From Abditibacteriaceae bacterium (GTDB taxonomy: Bacteria > Armatimonadota > Abditibacteriia > Abditibacteriales > Abditibacteriaceae), in the NCBI GenBank assembly GCA_965277285.1, contig OZ255721.1, forward strand, positions 1,472,001 to 1,536,000: 64,000 bases of DNA, given 5' to 3'. The first letter of the stretch is position 1. Every line of letters begins with the position of its first letter. This document shows positions 1-8,477 of the stretch, piece by piece. Made by a program: the position numbers and the translations under genes. The notes under the pieces were generated by a model. It was given only the letters and a program-made list of their open reading frames with translations. It searched no databases and was not told the origin of the DNA.

Positions 1-916
1 CATCGACAACCAGCGCTTTGGTGCTATCTGGTGTGACCATGATGCCGTCTAAGCCTGAGGCGCCAGTGACGGCGAGCGTAGCAGGCGTGCTGGACGCGGA
101 AAGCGGCGCCGAGAAAATATTGATGGTGTCGGTCAGGTTCGTTGCCAGCAAAGTATTGCCGTCCGGTGAGATGCCGATGGCGCCGCCATTGCCATTGCTG
201 ACAGGAATGGTGAAAGCAATGGACGTATAAGGCGCATCGAGTACGGAAATGCCTGTCGTGGTGTAAACGAAAGCGCGTCCGGCATTATTAAAAACGATGC
301 CTTGTGTTTGGCCATAGGCGATGCCTTGTGTTTGGCCGTGGTCGATGTTGGCAGTGGTTGGCAAGGCGACTTTAGTGATGGAAGAAGACGCATTAAACGG
401 GCCATGAATGACGTTAACAAAGCCGTTGTTGTTCGCAACCAGCGCCGTATTGCGGTCAGGTGCCACCGCGATGGTGCCACCGCCATAGTAACCGACGGTT
501 GAAGCATCGATAGTTGCCAGTAAGGTCGCCGTCGAAACCTGAATCACGAAGATGCGCGCACTGGTACTGCTGGAGACGAGCGCGTTGTCGCTACCGTAAA
601 AAGAAACGCCCTCCGGCTTGGCGTCCGCTGGCAGACCTGACACCAGCTTTTGTGTCGGTGTCGGCGACTGACTGGCATTTGGATAAACAACGATCTGGTT
701 GCTCGTGTCAAGCGCCGTTAAAATGGCGGGTTGTGGGTTGGACGGAACAGCCTGCGCTGGCTGCACCTCCAGGAAACTCAGGCTCGTCAGCAAAACAGCG
801 AGGAGAATGAATGCTCGATGGAACGATGGGAAAATCGTTTGTGGCATGGAGTGTGCGAATTTTCCAAATGCCCTGCGTGGAACAGTGCGACGCGAAGTCG
901 CTGTCGGATCAGTCAT
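1..916 (-). CDS. Secreted beta-propeller-like protein, paralog of 1365..3821; 3' end runs off the window
   Basis: Manual translation MTDPTATSRR...AQAVPSNPQPAILTALDTSNQIVVYPNASQ...GVSFYGSDNAL...VIHGPFNASSSITKVALP is open to the window edge and aligns with the next gene. Same AAGGAAGG leader. Absent from the ORF track because no stop lies in the window. Confidence 0.85.
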   Translation of the reverse strand, partial: MTDPTATSRRTVPRRAFGKFAHSMPQTIFPSFHRAFILLAVLLTSLSFLEVQPAQAVPSNPQPAILTALDTSNQIVVYPNASQSPTPTQKLVSGLPADAKPEGVSFYGSDNALVSSSTSARIFVIQVSTATLLATIDASTVGYYGGGTIAVAPDRNTALVANNNGFVNVIHGPFNASSSITKVALPTTANIDHGQTQGIAYGQTQGIVFNNAGRAFVYTTTGISVLDAPYTSIAFTIPVSNGNGGAIGISPDGNTLLATNLTDTINIFSAPLSASSTPATLAVTGASGLDGIMVTPDSTKALVVD

Positions 917-1285
917 AGGATGCCTTCCTTTGGTTGTTTGTCCTTGTCATTTGTCCTTGTGACATATTGCGACACGGAGAATAGATGTCTTCTGCTGCGG
1001 TGTGCGCTGTTTGATACCTCCTGCTCTCTGCTACGAAATATTATAGTGCGTCTCTTGCTGAGCAGTATAAGCCCTTTGACCTGTATCGAACGGAAGTCAA
1101 AACTCTCAAAGCAGCAAAAGCCGCCAATCGAGTACTCGAAGACAAGAAAGCCGCGCCATTCATTACACAGTCATGCCAAAAGTTTGTGCGCCGCTGTTGC
1201 TGGTGACGACAGTGGAGGATACCCGCGACGTTTACTGGATGGAAAACGTCGCGGCAAAAGCGGCGATTGGATTCGCTGAGTCTCA

Positions 1286-1339
1286 ATAAGATAACGAGGC
1301 GGCAATTCTCTTTCGAGAATTGCCGCCTCGTTATCTTAT
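1286..1339. terminator. 25-bp-stem hairpin, likely terminator
   Basis: ATAAGATAACGAGGCGGCAATTCTC-tttc-GAGAATTGCCGCCTCGTTATCTTAT, just downstream of the stop at 1365. Confidence 0.7.
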
Positions 1340-1364
1340 CTGAATCGAGTACTCGAAGTGTCTG

Positions 1365-3821
1365 CTACCGATCCTGAGTAGGAGCCGGTGAGATTGTAAT
1401 GGAACCGCGTGTCAGCGGGCCACTCGCGCTGTAGTACAAACTATGGTCACGCGCGCGATACACCTGAAGGCTGAAGGTGTCAGTGGAACCTGCGTTGTGC
1501 GTCACGGTCACCACAAAGTTCGTCATCGTGGCGCCTGGTTGCTTGCCGAAGGTGTAAGTGCCGGTGAAGGTCGCGCTGGTGCCACTGCTGTTGATGGTCA
1601 AAGTTTGCACCTGGGCATAAATGATCACCGCGCCATCGTAGCGCGCGTAGGTGAAGATGCCCTGAGCTTGTGGCCCGCCATTGACATTCGAGACATCAAA
1701 GGCGAACTTGCCTTTCCTGTTGCCTGCCGCGTTGATGGTGCCGCTACCAAAGACACGACCGTTGAAAGGCAGCGGAGCACTGACGGTGATCGAAACGCTG
1801 GTGCTGGCGGTTCCACCATGTCCGTTGCTGATGGTGTAAGTGAAGCTGTCGCTGCCACTGTAACCTTCATTGGGCGTGTAGAACACCTGCGTGCTGCTAA
1901 ACGTAACTGTGCCATGTTGCGGTTGCGTCACGGAAACCACACTCAGCGCAAAGTGGTTGGGGTCACTGTCGTTGGCCAGCACGTTGATCGCTGTGCTGCC
2001 GCTGTTGAGCGCGACAGTGGCGTTGTCGGGATTAGCAAAGGGTGGCGCAGCAACCGGTGTTGGAGTCGGCGTGGGCGTGTGTGTCGGCGTTGGCGTCGGT
2101 GTGGAAGTTGGCGTTGGCGTCGGCGTGTGTGTCGGCGTTGGTGTTGCAGTTGGTGTTGGCGTGGCCGTCGGTGTCGGTGTCGGTGTTGGTGTTGGTGTTG
2201 GCGTTGCATCTGTCACAATTGTTGTGACGGGCGGTCCGTAAATGGGGGCGACGCCGTCGGCCATAATGGTATAGCCACTGTTGGTAATCGTTGCGCCTTG
2301 AGCGGCTGTAACATGAACTGTGAAGGACACGGTTTGCGGACCCGAGTTGTGGGCGACCGTGCCTACACCAAACTGGATGTTGCCGCCATTGGGAAGCGTG
2401 CCATAAGTTGTTCCGGCAGGCAGTGGATCGGTGATAATGACGTTGGTTTCGTCGAAGTTGCCGGTGTTGGAATAGGTCAGGGTGTAAGTCAGGTCGGAGC
2501 CGGAGGCGACCGAAGTCGCAGCGCTTTTCGTGATGGTCAAACCGGGCGCGAGACCAGCCGGCTCGAAGCGAACGGAACCGTTGCCGCGTCCGCTGGGCGT
2601 CGCATTATTGATGGTAACATAATTGGTCGTTGCACCGCCGGCTGTGAAAGGCGCATGGATAAAGATGGGCGGCTCGTTGTTTGATGGGACATGGGCGGGC
2701 TGATCGGACACATCGTCGTTACCGGTGATGATCGCGGTCTGGCTATCGGCGCTGATGCCGACATCTTCAAAACCTTCGGTTCCCAATGGCAATCGTATGC
2801 CATCTATAGTCGAAGAGGAAGAAAAGGGCGCCTTAATGAAATAAGCAAAGCGCGTAGTCCCTGAAGGTACTGCACTTGAAGCGACAACCAGAGCAGTCTT
2901 GCCGTCCGGTGCCACCATGATACCGTTCAAGCCCAGACCCTGGGTGGAGCTACTCACGGTCAAAAACGTTGGTGTTGGCAAGTGGGATGGGGAAGCGGAA
3001 TTCACGCCAGTCAGAACATCGACGCCGTTACCGGTGCCAACGAGAGTGGTCAGCAAGGTGTTCCCATCCGGCGTGATGCCGATACTGCCGCTGGCGTAGG
3101 CGTTGGATACCGGAATGTTAAAAGCAAGCGACGTATAAGGCGCATCGAGTACTGAAATGTCGCCCATACTGTGAGCCGCATCGTAATTGTAAACGAAGGC
3201 GCGTCCGGCGCTGTTGAAGACAATCGCCTGAGTTTCGCGTCCGGCAATCGTGCCCGGCAACGCCACTTTGGTGATGGTCGAAGACGAATTGAACGGGCCG
3301 TGAATGACGTAAACGTTATTGTCATTACCGGAACGACTGCCCGAAGCCAGCGCCGTGTTGCGGTCGGGCGCGACCGCGATGGTTCCCGCTCCGTCATAAC
3401 CGGCGCCCGAAGTGTCGATAACGTCCGTCACTGTCGCGCTTGAGACCTGCAAAACCAAAACGCGAAAGTGATCGATATCGGCGATAAGGGCATTGTCGCT
3501 GCCGTAGAAAGAAACGCCCTGCGGAAAGATGTTGGGATAAGGCGTGTTGGCCAGAATCGAAGTCGATGCGGCCACCTGTGCTGGCGTCGGCGTCTGGCTC
3601 GCATTGGGATAAACGATGATCTGGTTGCCCCGGCTGAGTGTCGTTAAAACCGCCGGTTGCGGATTGGAAACTGTTTGCGCTCGCGCCGGTTGCGCGCTGA
3701 TGAAGCCCAAACTTACTAACAAAATGGCGAGCAGAACGAGTACTCGAATGAACGACGGAACGGATGTTTGAATGGCAGTGCAGGAAACGATGCGATGCGA
3801 TGTCGCTGTCGGCTGATTCAT
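1365..3821 (-). CDS. Secreted protein: propeller-like repeats, DUF11-like domain, PT linker, Ig-like (Big_9/tandem-95) domain, C-terminal beta domain
   Basis: Signal-peptide-like ...QPARAQ; DUF11-like LTITKSA...LTYTLTYSNTG...VIITDPLPAG; (PT)n linker; NVLANDSDP...YTPN..YSGSDSFTYTISNGHGG. Start moved to ATG 3821 behind AAGGAAGG. Confidence 0.85.
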   Translation of the reverse strand: MNQPTATSHRIVSCTAIQTSVPSFIRVLVLLAILLVSLGFISAQPARAQTVSNPQPAVLTTLSRGNQIIVYPNASQTPTPAQVAASTSILANTPYPNIFPQGVSFYGSDNALIADIDHFRVLVLQVSSATVTDVIDTSGAGYDGAGTIAVAPDRNTALASGSRSGNDNNVYVIHGPFNSSSTITKVALPGTIAGRETQAIVFNSAGRAFVYNYDAAHSMGDISVLDAPYTSLAFNIPVSNAYASGSIGITPDGNTLLTTLVGTGNGVDVLTGVNSASPSHLPTPTFLTVSSSTQGLGLNGIMVAPDGKTALVVASSAVPSGTTRFAYFIKAPFSSSSTIDGIRLPLGTEGFEDVGISADSQTAIITGNDDVSDQPAHVPSNNEPPIFIHAPFTAGGATTNYVTINNATPSGRGNGSVRFEPAGLAPGLTITKSAATSVASGSDLTYTLTYSNTGNFDETNVIITDPLPAGTTYGTLPNGGNIQFGVGTVAHNSGPQTVSFTVHVTAAQGATITNSGYTIMADGVAPIYGPPVTTIVTDATPTPTPTPTPTPTATPTPTATPTPTHTPTPTPTSTPTPTPTHTPTPTPTPVAAPPFANPDNATVALNSGSTAINVLANDSDPNHFALSVVSVTQPQHGTVTFSSTQVFYTPNEGYSGSDSFTYTISNGHGGTASTSVSITVSAPLPFNGRVFGSGTINAAGNRKGKFAFDVSNVNGGPQAQGIFTYARYDGAVIIYAQVQTLTINSSGTSATFTGTYTFGKQPGATMTNFVVTVTHNAGSTDTFSLQVYRARDHSLYYSASGPLTRGSITISPAPTQDR

Positions 3822-4077
3822 AGGAAGACCTTCCTTGTCGATTGTCGGACTCTTGTCCGGTTTCACAGCGTGAGACGATGTTACTGATAAGAATGTCGGG
3901 AATGGTGAAAGAATGGCGAGCGGCTAAAAATGACACCTCCTGTTCTTTAACTGCGACACATTGTAACCGCGCTTCTGGCTGAGGCATATAGGTCGTTTGA
4001 CCTATATGAAAGAGAGTGATTGAGCGCTTTCACTCGAAAAACTGGACATCGAGTACTCGATAAAAACACCGGGCGCT

Positions 4078-5238
4078 TCAATCGGGGAAATCGGTTTCGT
4101 GCTTCATCCATTGTCGTGCGCGATGAGCTGCGGCGACGCGACCTGCGACGCCCATTTTGGTATAAATCGCTTCCAGATGGCGTTTCACGGTATGAGAACT
4201 CACTCCCATCTCAAGCGCGATTTGCTCGTTGTTTTGTCCGCGCGCCAAATGCCACAACACTTCGCTTTGGCGGCGCGTCAGGCCATGCGCCATTAACGAT
4301 TGGATGAGGAAGTCGAACGGCGCGCTTTGCAATTCAATCGCTTCTTCTAAAAGCAAGAGCGTTTGGCCTTCGATATGTTCGCCGCAACGCACGAGCAAGG
4401 TTCGGTAGGCGTGCTGTATTCGTAAAGGCGTGAAAGTCGTGCTGGTCAATAACAGAAATTGATGCGCCGCGTGGGATCGCAAGTTGTCATGAAGCCATTG
4501 GGCGATGACGGCGGGCGCGCGGTTTTCGATGGCTCCAAAGTAACAGCTTAAAAGCTGTCGAGCGCGGTCGCTGCAAAAGACAAGGCGGCCATTGTCGCGT
4601 ACAACGAGTACTCGATTCGGCTCGTTTTCCTGTCGTGATGGCACTTCGAGACGCCACGCAGTGTCTGGCTCGCTTTGTTGATTTTGGTTTTGAGCTTGAT
4701 TTTTCAGACGCGTCCAGGCGACGGCATTGGCGTGCGCTTGCACCAGATGAGGCCGCAACAGTTCGAGCAAAGCGCGATCTCGCTGCGAAAAGGAACGGCG
4801 CGCACGATTGAGCGCGATGCCAAAAATCCACGGCGCTTCGTTTTTCAAGCCGATGGCCATTTGGTCTTCAATGCTCAGAGGTCGAAAGAACTCATTGTAA
4901 ATCGCGGTTTGATGCCAGTCTCGGCGCGAAAGCAAATCGGAAATCGCGGTCGACGCGTTGTCCTGCTTTTGCGAGAAACGCGCGATGAGTGGATGTTCCG
5001 ACAAAAAAGGCTCCAGCTTTTCGCTCAACTGCTCGGCTGTGTAGGAATCGGGCGAGATCAAGCCGACGATGCGTCCTTCGTCCAGGCAGACCTCGTTGTA
5101 AGACGCCATGTCCGAGCCGATGAGTTCGTCCAGACAGCTTAAAACGACGCGCGGAAAGTCTTCCAAATCGCGTGTCGCGTATATGTCGCGCAAAGTTTCG
5201 TGCAAACGTTGATGATCAGAACCAGAAAGCGTACTCAT
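4078..5238 (-). CDS. LuxR-type HTH transcriptional regulator with N-terminal GAF-like sensor
   Basis: C-terminal LTRRQSEVLWHLARGQNNEQIALEMGVSSHTVKRHLEAIYTKMGV. Confidence 0.85.
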   Translation of the reverse strand: MSTLSGSDHQRLHETLRDIYATRDLEDFPRVVLSCLDELIGSDMASYNEVCLDEGRIVGLISPDSYTAEQLSEKLEPFLSEHPLIARFSQKQDNASTAISDLLSRRDWHQTAIYNEFFRPLSIEDQMAIGLKNEAPWIFGIALNRARRSFSQRDRALLELLRPHLVQAHANAVAWTRLKNQAQNQNQQSEPDTAWRLEVPSRQENEPNRVLVVRDNGRLVFCSDRARQLLSCYFGAIENRAPAVIAQWLHDNLRSHAAHQFLLLTSTTFTPLRIQHAYRTLLVRCGEHIEGQTLLLLEEAIELQSAPFDFLIQSLMAHGLTRRQSEVLWHLARGQNNEQIALEMGVSSHTVKRHLEAIYTKMGVAGRVAAAHRARQWMKHETDFPD

Positions 5239-5444
5239 TGCAACTTCCGTAAGAAGCAAGATGAACTGCCTTCATAGTAACCGATAAAGGGTTGTCCTGT
5301 CACTATCAACTGCGTGACAAAAACACTGTCAATTGCGGCACAGCCTCCTCACTATAGTACAGAGCCACGCGCCACAAAATCTCACGCGACACAACGCTGC
5401 GCATGCGCTTCGAGTACTCGAAAGACGCTAATACAAACGCGAAA

Positions 5445-5475
5445 AAGCCGGAATGCGTGGTTTGCATTCCGGCTT
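5445..5475 (-). terminator. Rho-independent terminator
   Basis: AAGCCGGAATGC..GCATTCCGGCTT hairpin with minus-strand U-tract, downstream of the gene ending at 5579. Confidence 0.6.
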
Positions 5476-5578
5476 CAGATTTTGCGTCAAGCAAAGAAGT
5501 TTTGGTGGCTCAGGATCGAACGATCTAAGCAAGAACCCCGAGCGTCAGCGACGCACGCGATTGAGCCATTACCGAAAT

Positions 5579-8101
5579 CTACTTGCCAAACTTCGAGGAT
5601 GAGCCGACGACAATCGTCACTTTGGCGGTGTTGCTGGTATTTTGCCCGTCAGTGACGCGGAAGCTGAACGAATCGGTACCTTTGAATCCGTACTGCGGCG
5701 TATAAGTTTGGTAAGCACCGCTGCCGCTGAGTGTTCCGTGATGTGGCGAAGAAACAATGATGTAAGTGAGAAGCGTCGTACTATTTCCTCCCGAAGCCGT
5801 CAACGTGATGGAAACGGGCGTGTTCTTGAGAGTGGTCACATTGTGTGGATTGGCCACCAGATGCACTGGTGCGAGGACGTTCACCGTGACCGTTGCGGTC
5901 GCCGTTCCACCATGACCGTTGCTGATGGTGTAAGTGAAATTATCCTGGCCGGAAAAGTTTGTGTTGGGACGATAAGTGACCTGGTTCTGGCTCAGTTTGA
6001 CGGTTCCGTGCTGCGCTTGCGTGACCGAAGTTATGGTCAGCGTGTAATTGTTCGGGTCGGAATCGTTGTTGAGCACGGCCAGTGTCGTGGCGGCGGCATT
6101 TTTCTTGACCGAGAAAGTATCGGCATTAGCGACCGGCGCCGTTGCAGGCAATGCCGCAATCGCGGCAGGAACCGTGACGATGCCATAGCCGGAATCGCGG
6201 TCGTAGCCAGGCGCCATGATGTCGAGCGCTGAACTTTGCATCGCCGCGCGAATTTGCGCCGGTGTCAGGCTATGGTTGTACGACAGAATAAGCGCCGCAA
6301 TTGCTCCCGCGTGCGGAGCCGCCGCCGAAGTTCCGGCGAAAGGTTGAAAGCCGGTCACGCCCGTCGAAACATCGTCGGCTGCCGTGATGTCGGGTTTACG
6401 CAACAATTGACCGCCCGACGAAGAAAAGTTGCCAGGCGTGATCGGCGTGCCATCGGGATTGTAGAACAAGTGACGCGGCCCATCGGAACTGTAGTACTCG
6501 ACAGGATTGGCGCTACCGCCGACAAACGGCTGCCCTTGTGCGGCATCAGTTGCGGCCACGCAAAACGCGTTGGCAGCTCCGGCTGCGTCATGTCCACGCA
6601 CCGCACCAGCTGTCGCAACCGCGAAAATGCCGCCGTTGTTCGTCAGGTAAAGGTAGCGGTTGGCCGCGCCATTGTGCTTGATGACCAGAATGCGATCCTG
6701 ACTTCCCGACGCGATGTCCAGATTTTCGTGCGGGTCTTGCGAACCATTTTGCGTGTTGGTCGAAGTCTCGACCACGTTGCCATTTGCATCGAGTTCGACC
6801 AAATCGTAATCGTTGGAAGAAGCGCCCAGAGGATCGCTCCAAAACAAGTCGATTCCGTAAGCATAAGTGTCGTTCGCTGTTTCGTAACTGGCGCCATTGA
6901 AACTGTTCAAGCGCCCGCTGACACCGCCCAAACTGCTTGCACCGCCATCCACGAAATCGCCTTGCCAGGTGCCCGAAGTACCCTCATCCAGGTTGCCGTT
7001 GTTGCTGGCGGCGCTGAAATAAAGCGCGCCATTGGCGCTGACATCATAAACCGCTTTTTCAATGATGCCCGCTTGACACGGCGATTCGTTGAGATATTCG
7101 ATGTCGTCGATGATGATGTCGCAGCCCGCACTGCGCAGATTGCGGATGTTCTGTGCCATGCTCGCATCGCTGGTGTCGCCACTTGCGAAATACAGTTGCG
7201 CGCCCGGGGCCAAGCGATGAACGATTTCCAGCATCGCGGTGCCTTCGTCGCCCGATGCGGCCTGACCGGGAAGAACTGTTACAACTGGCAAATTTCCCGA
7301 TTGTTGCTCCGTTGCCAAGCTGTCCACGCCATCGGACAATATGCCGACGCGAACTCCCGAACCATCGATGCCATACATTTGGCGCGCCTGAGCCGCGCGA
7401 TGCGCAATGTCACCTTCAGGATCGACGTTTCCAGTACTCGATGCGGAAAGTTGCGCGATTTGGCGCGCGATATTCGTTGCGACGCGCAAAGTTTTCACAC
7501 TACTTTCCGCCTTTCCGACGACATTTTTAGGAACGCTCTCCAAAACCAACGGCTGCGACATGGCTTGCTTCGTTGAAGTGGCTGACGCGACATTGCGGGG
7601 ACGCGCGTGCTTCGGCTGAACCGCGCGTTCGACAAAACGGACATCACTGCGCGCTGCGATGCCTTCAATCGTATTCGGCGGCAGCGAGGCGCGAATCGTA
7701 TTTTCCTCAGGCAGGCTGAAGATGATTTGTCCGCCGACGCTTTCAATTTGTGCGATCAACGATGGATTCACGGTCGCGCGAATGTCCACTTTGAGGCGCC
7801 CTTTGGCGTCCGACGCAACGTGCGAACGCAAGCTGGGCACAGATTCGATAGCGACCGAGTTATTGCTTTGGCGCACACTGTAAATCAGGTGCGAATCCAT
7901 TTTCTGCTGCCCCAACGTGCGATTGCTTTTCTCATTTTCAACGGCCGCAATTTGCCGCAGCGTTTCCTGAGATAAGCTGGCCACGTTGAAAGTCGAGGCG
8001 TTCTGCGCCGAGGCAGAACGAAACGCGACAACGCCAAAAGTAAGCACGCAAACGCGCGCCAGAACGGTGATTTTCCGGTGATGCTTTCCCTTCATTGACA
8101 T
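5579..8101 (-). CDS. Secreted S8/S53-like serine peptidase with two Ig-like (Big_9) domains
   Basis: GILSDG, DEGTAMLE, SAASN, SSDGP, KPDITAAD and GTSAAAPHAGA motifs; GGAG RBS before ATG 8101. Confidence 0.85.
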   Translation of the reverse strand: MSMKGKHHRKITVLARVCVLTFGVVAFRSASAQNASTFNVASLSQETLRQIAAVENEKSNRTLGQQKMDSHLIYSVRQSNNSVAIESVPSLRSHVASDAKGRLKVDIRATVNPSLIAQIESVGGQIIFSLPEENTIRASLPPNTIEGIAARSDVRFVERAVQPKHARPRNVASATSTKQAMSQPLVLESVPKNVVGKAESSVKTLRVATNIARQIAQLSASSTGNVDPEGDIAHRAAQARQMYGIDGSGVRVGILSDGVDSLATEQQSGNLPVVTVLPGQAASGDEGTAMLEIVHRLAPGAQLYFASGDTSDASMAQNIRNLRSAGCDIIIDDIEYLNESPCQAGIIEKAVYDVSANGALYFSAASNNGNLDEGTSGTWQGDFVDGGASSLGGVSGRLNSFNGASYETANDTYAYGIDLFWSDPLGASSNDYDLVELDANGNVVETSTNTQNGSQDPHENLDIASGSQDRILVIKHNGAANRYLYLTNNGGIFAVATAGAVRGHDAAGAANAFCVAATDAAQGQPFVGGSANPVEYYSSDGPRHLFYNPDGTPITPGNFSSSGGQLLRKPDITAADDVSTGVTGFQPFAGTSAAAPHAGAIAALILSYNHSLTPAQIRAAMQSSALDIMAPGYDRDSGYGIVTVPAAIAALPATAPVANADTFSVKKNAAATTLAVLNNDSDPNNYTLTITSVTQAQHGTVKLSQNQVTYRPNTNFSGQDNFTYTISNGHGGTATATVTVNVLAPVHLVANPHNVTTLKNTPVSITLTASGGNSTTLLTYIIVSSPHHGTLSGSGAYQTYTPQYGFKGTDSFSFRVTDGQNTSNTAKVTIVVGSSSKFGK

Positions 8102-8389
8102 AAAAACTCCCGACAGGTGTGTGCTTTCCTTAACGCTCCGGGCGCCAAATATCATGTGCAGCGCACAACGCCAACCCAGAACGCGACATTTTGAACACTC
8201 AAGATAAACAATACCAGATAATTCCGGCGAGTTTTGTAAAAAACAGTAAACCCAGGTTGCGCCCTGCAGCAAATCTTTTATACCATGGAAAGCATCCGAT
8301 TACTCAGGCCTGGCGCATGTGCGAAAAGTCGCGTTGTCATGGCGGCAATCATTGAGAACACGATGAAACAGAATACGACTTCGCTTGAA

Positions 8390-8435
8390 AAACAATACGA
8401 CGGCTCTTCGCTGAGGAAGAGCCGTCGTATTGTTT
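8390..8435 (-). terminator. Rho-independent terminator
   Basis: AAACAATACGACGGCTCTTC-gctgag-GAAGAGCCGTCGTATTGTTT, 20-bp stem. Confidence 0.7.
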
Positions 8436-8477
8436 GAGCGCCGTATCGAGTACTCGAACATGCGTCTCGAAGGTGCG

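Noticed and set aside
400..430. Possible frameshift in the first gene, suggested by the short ORF 133..507
   Set aside because: Manual reading shows one open frame from 916 to the window edge; 133..507 is an alternative frame
2053..2207. GGTGTT/GGCGTC-like tandem repeats
   Set aside because: They encode the Pro-Thr linker of the secreted protein
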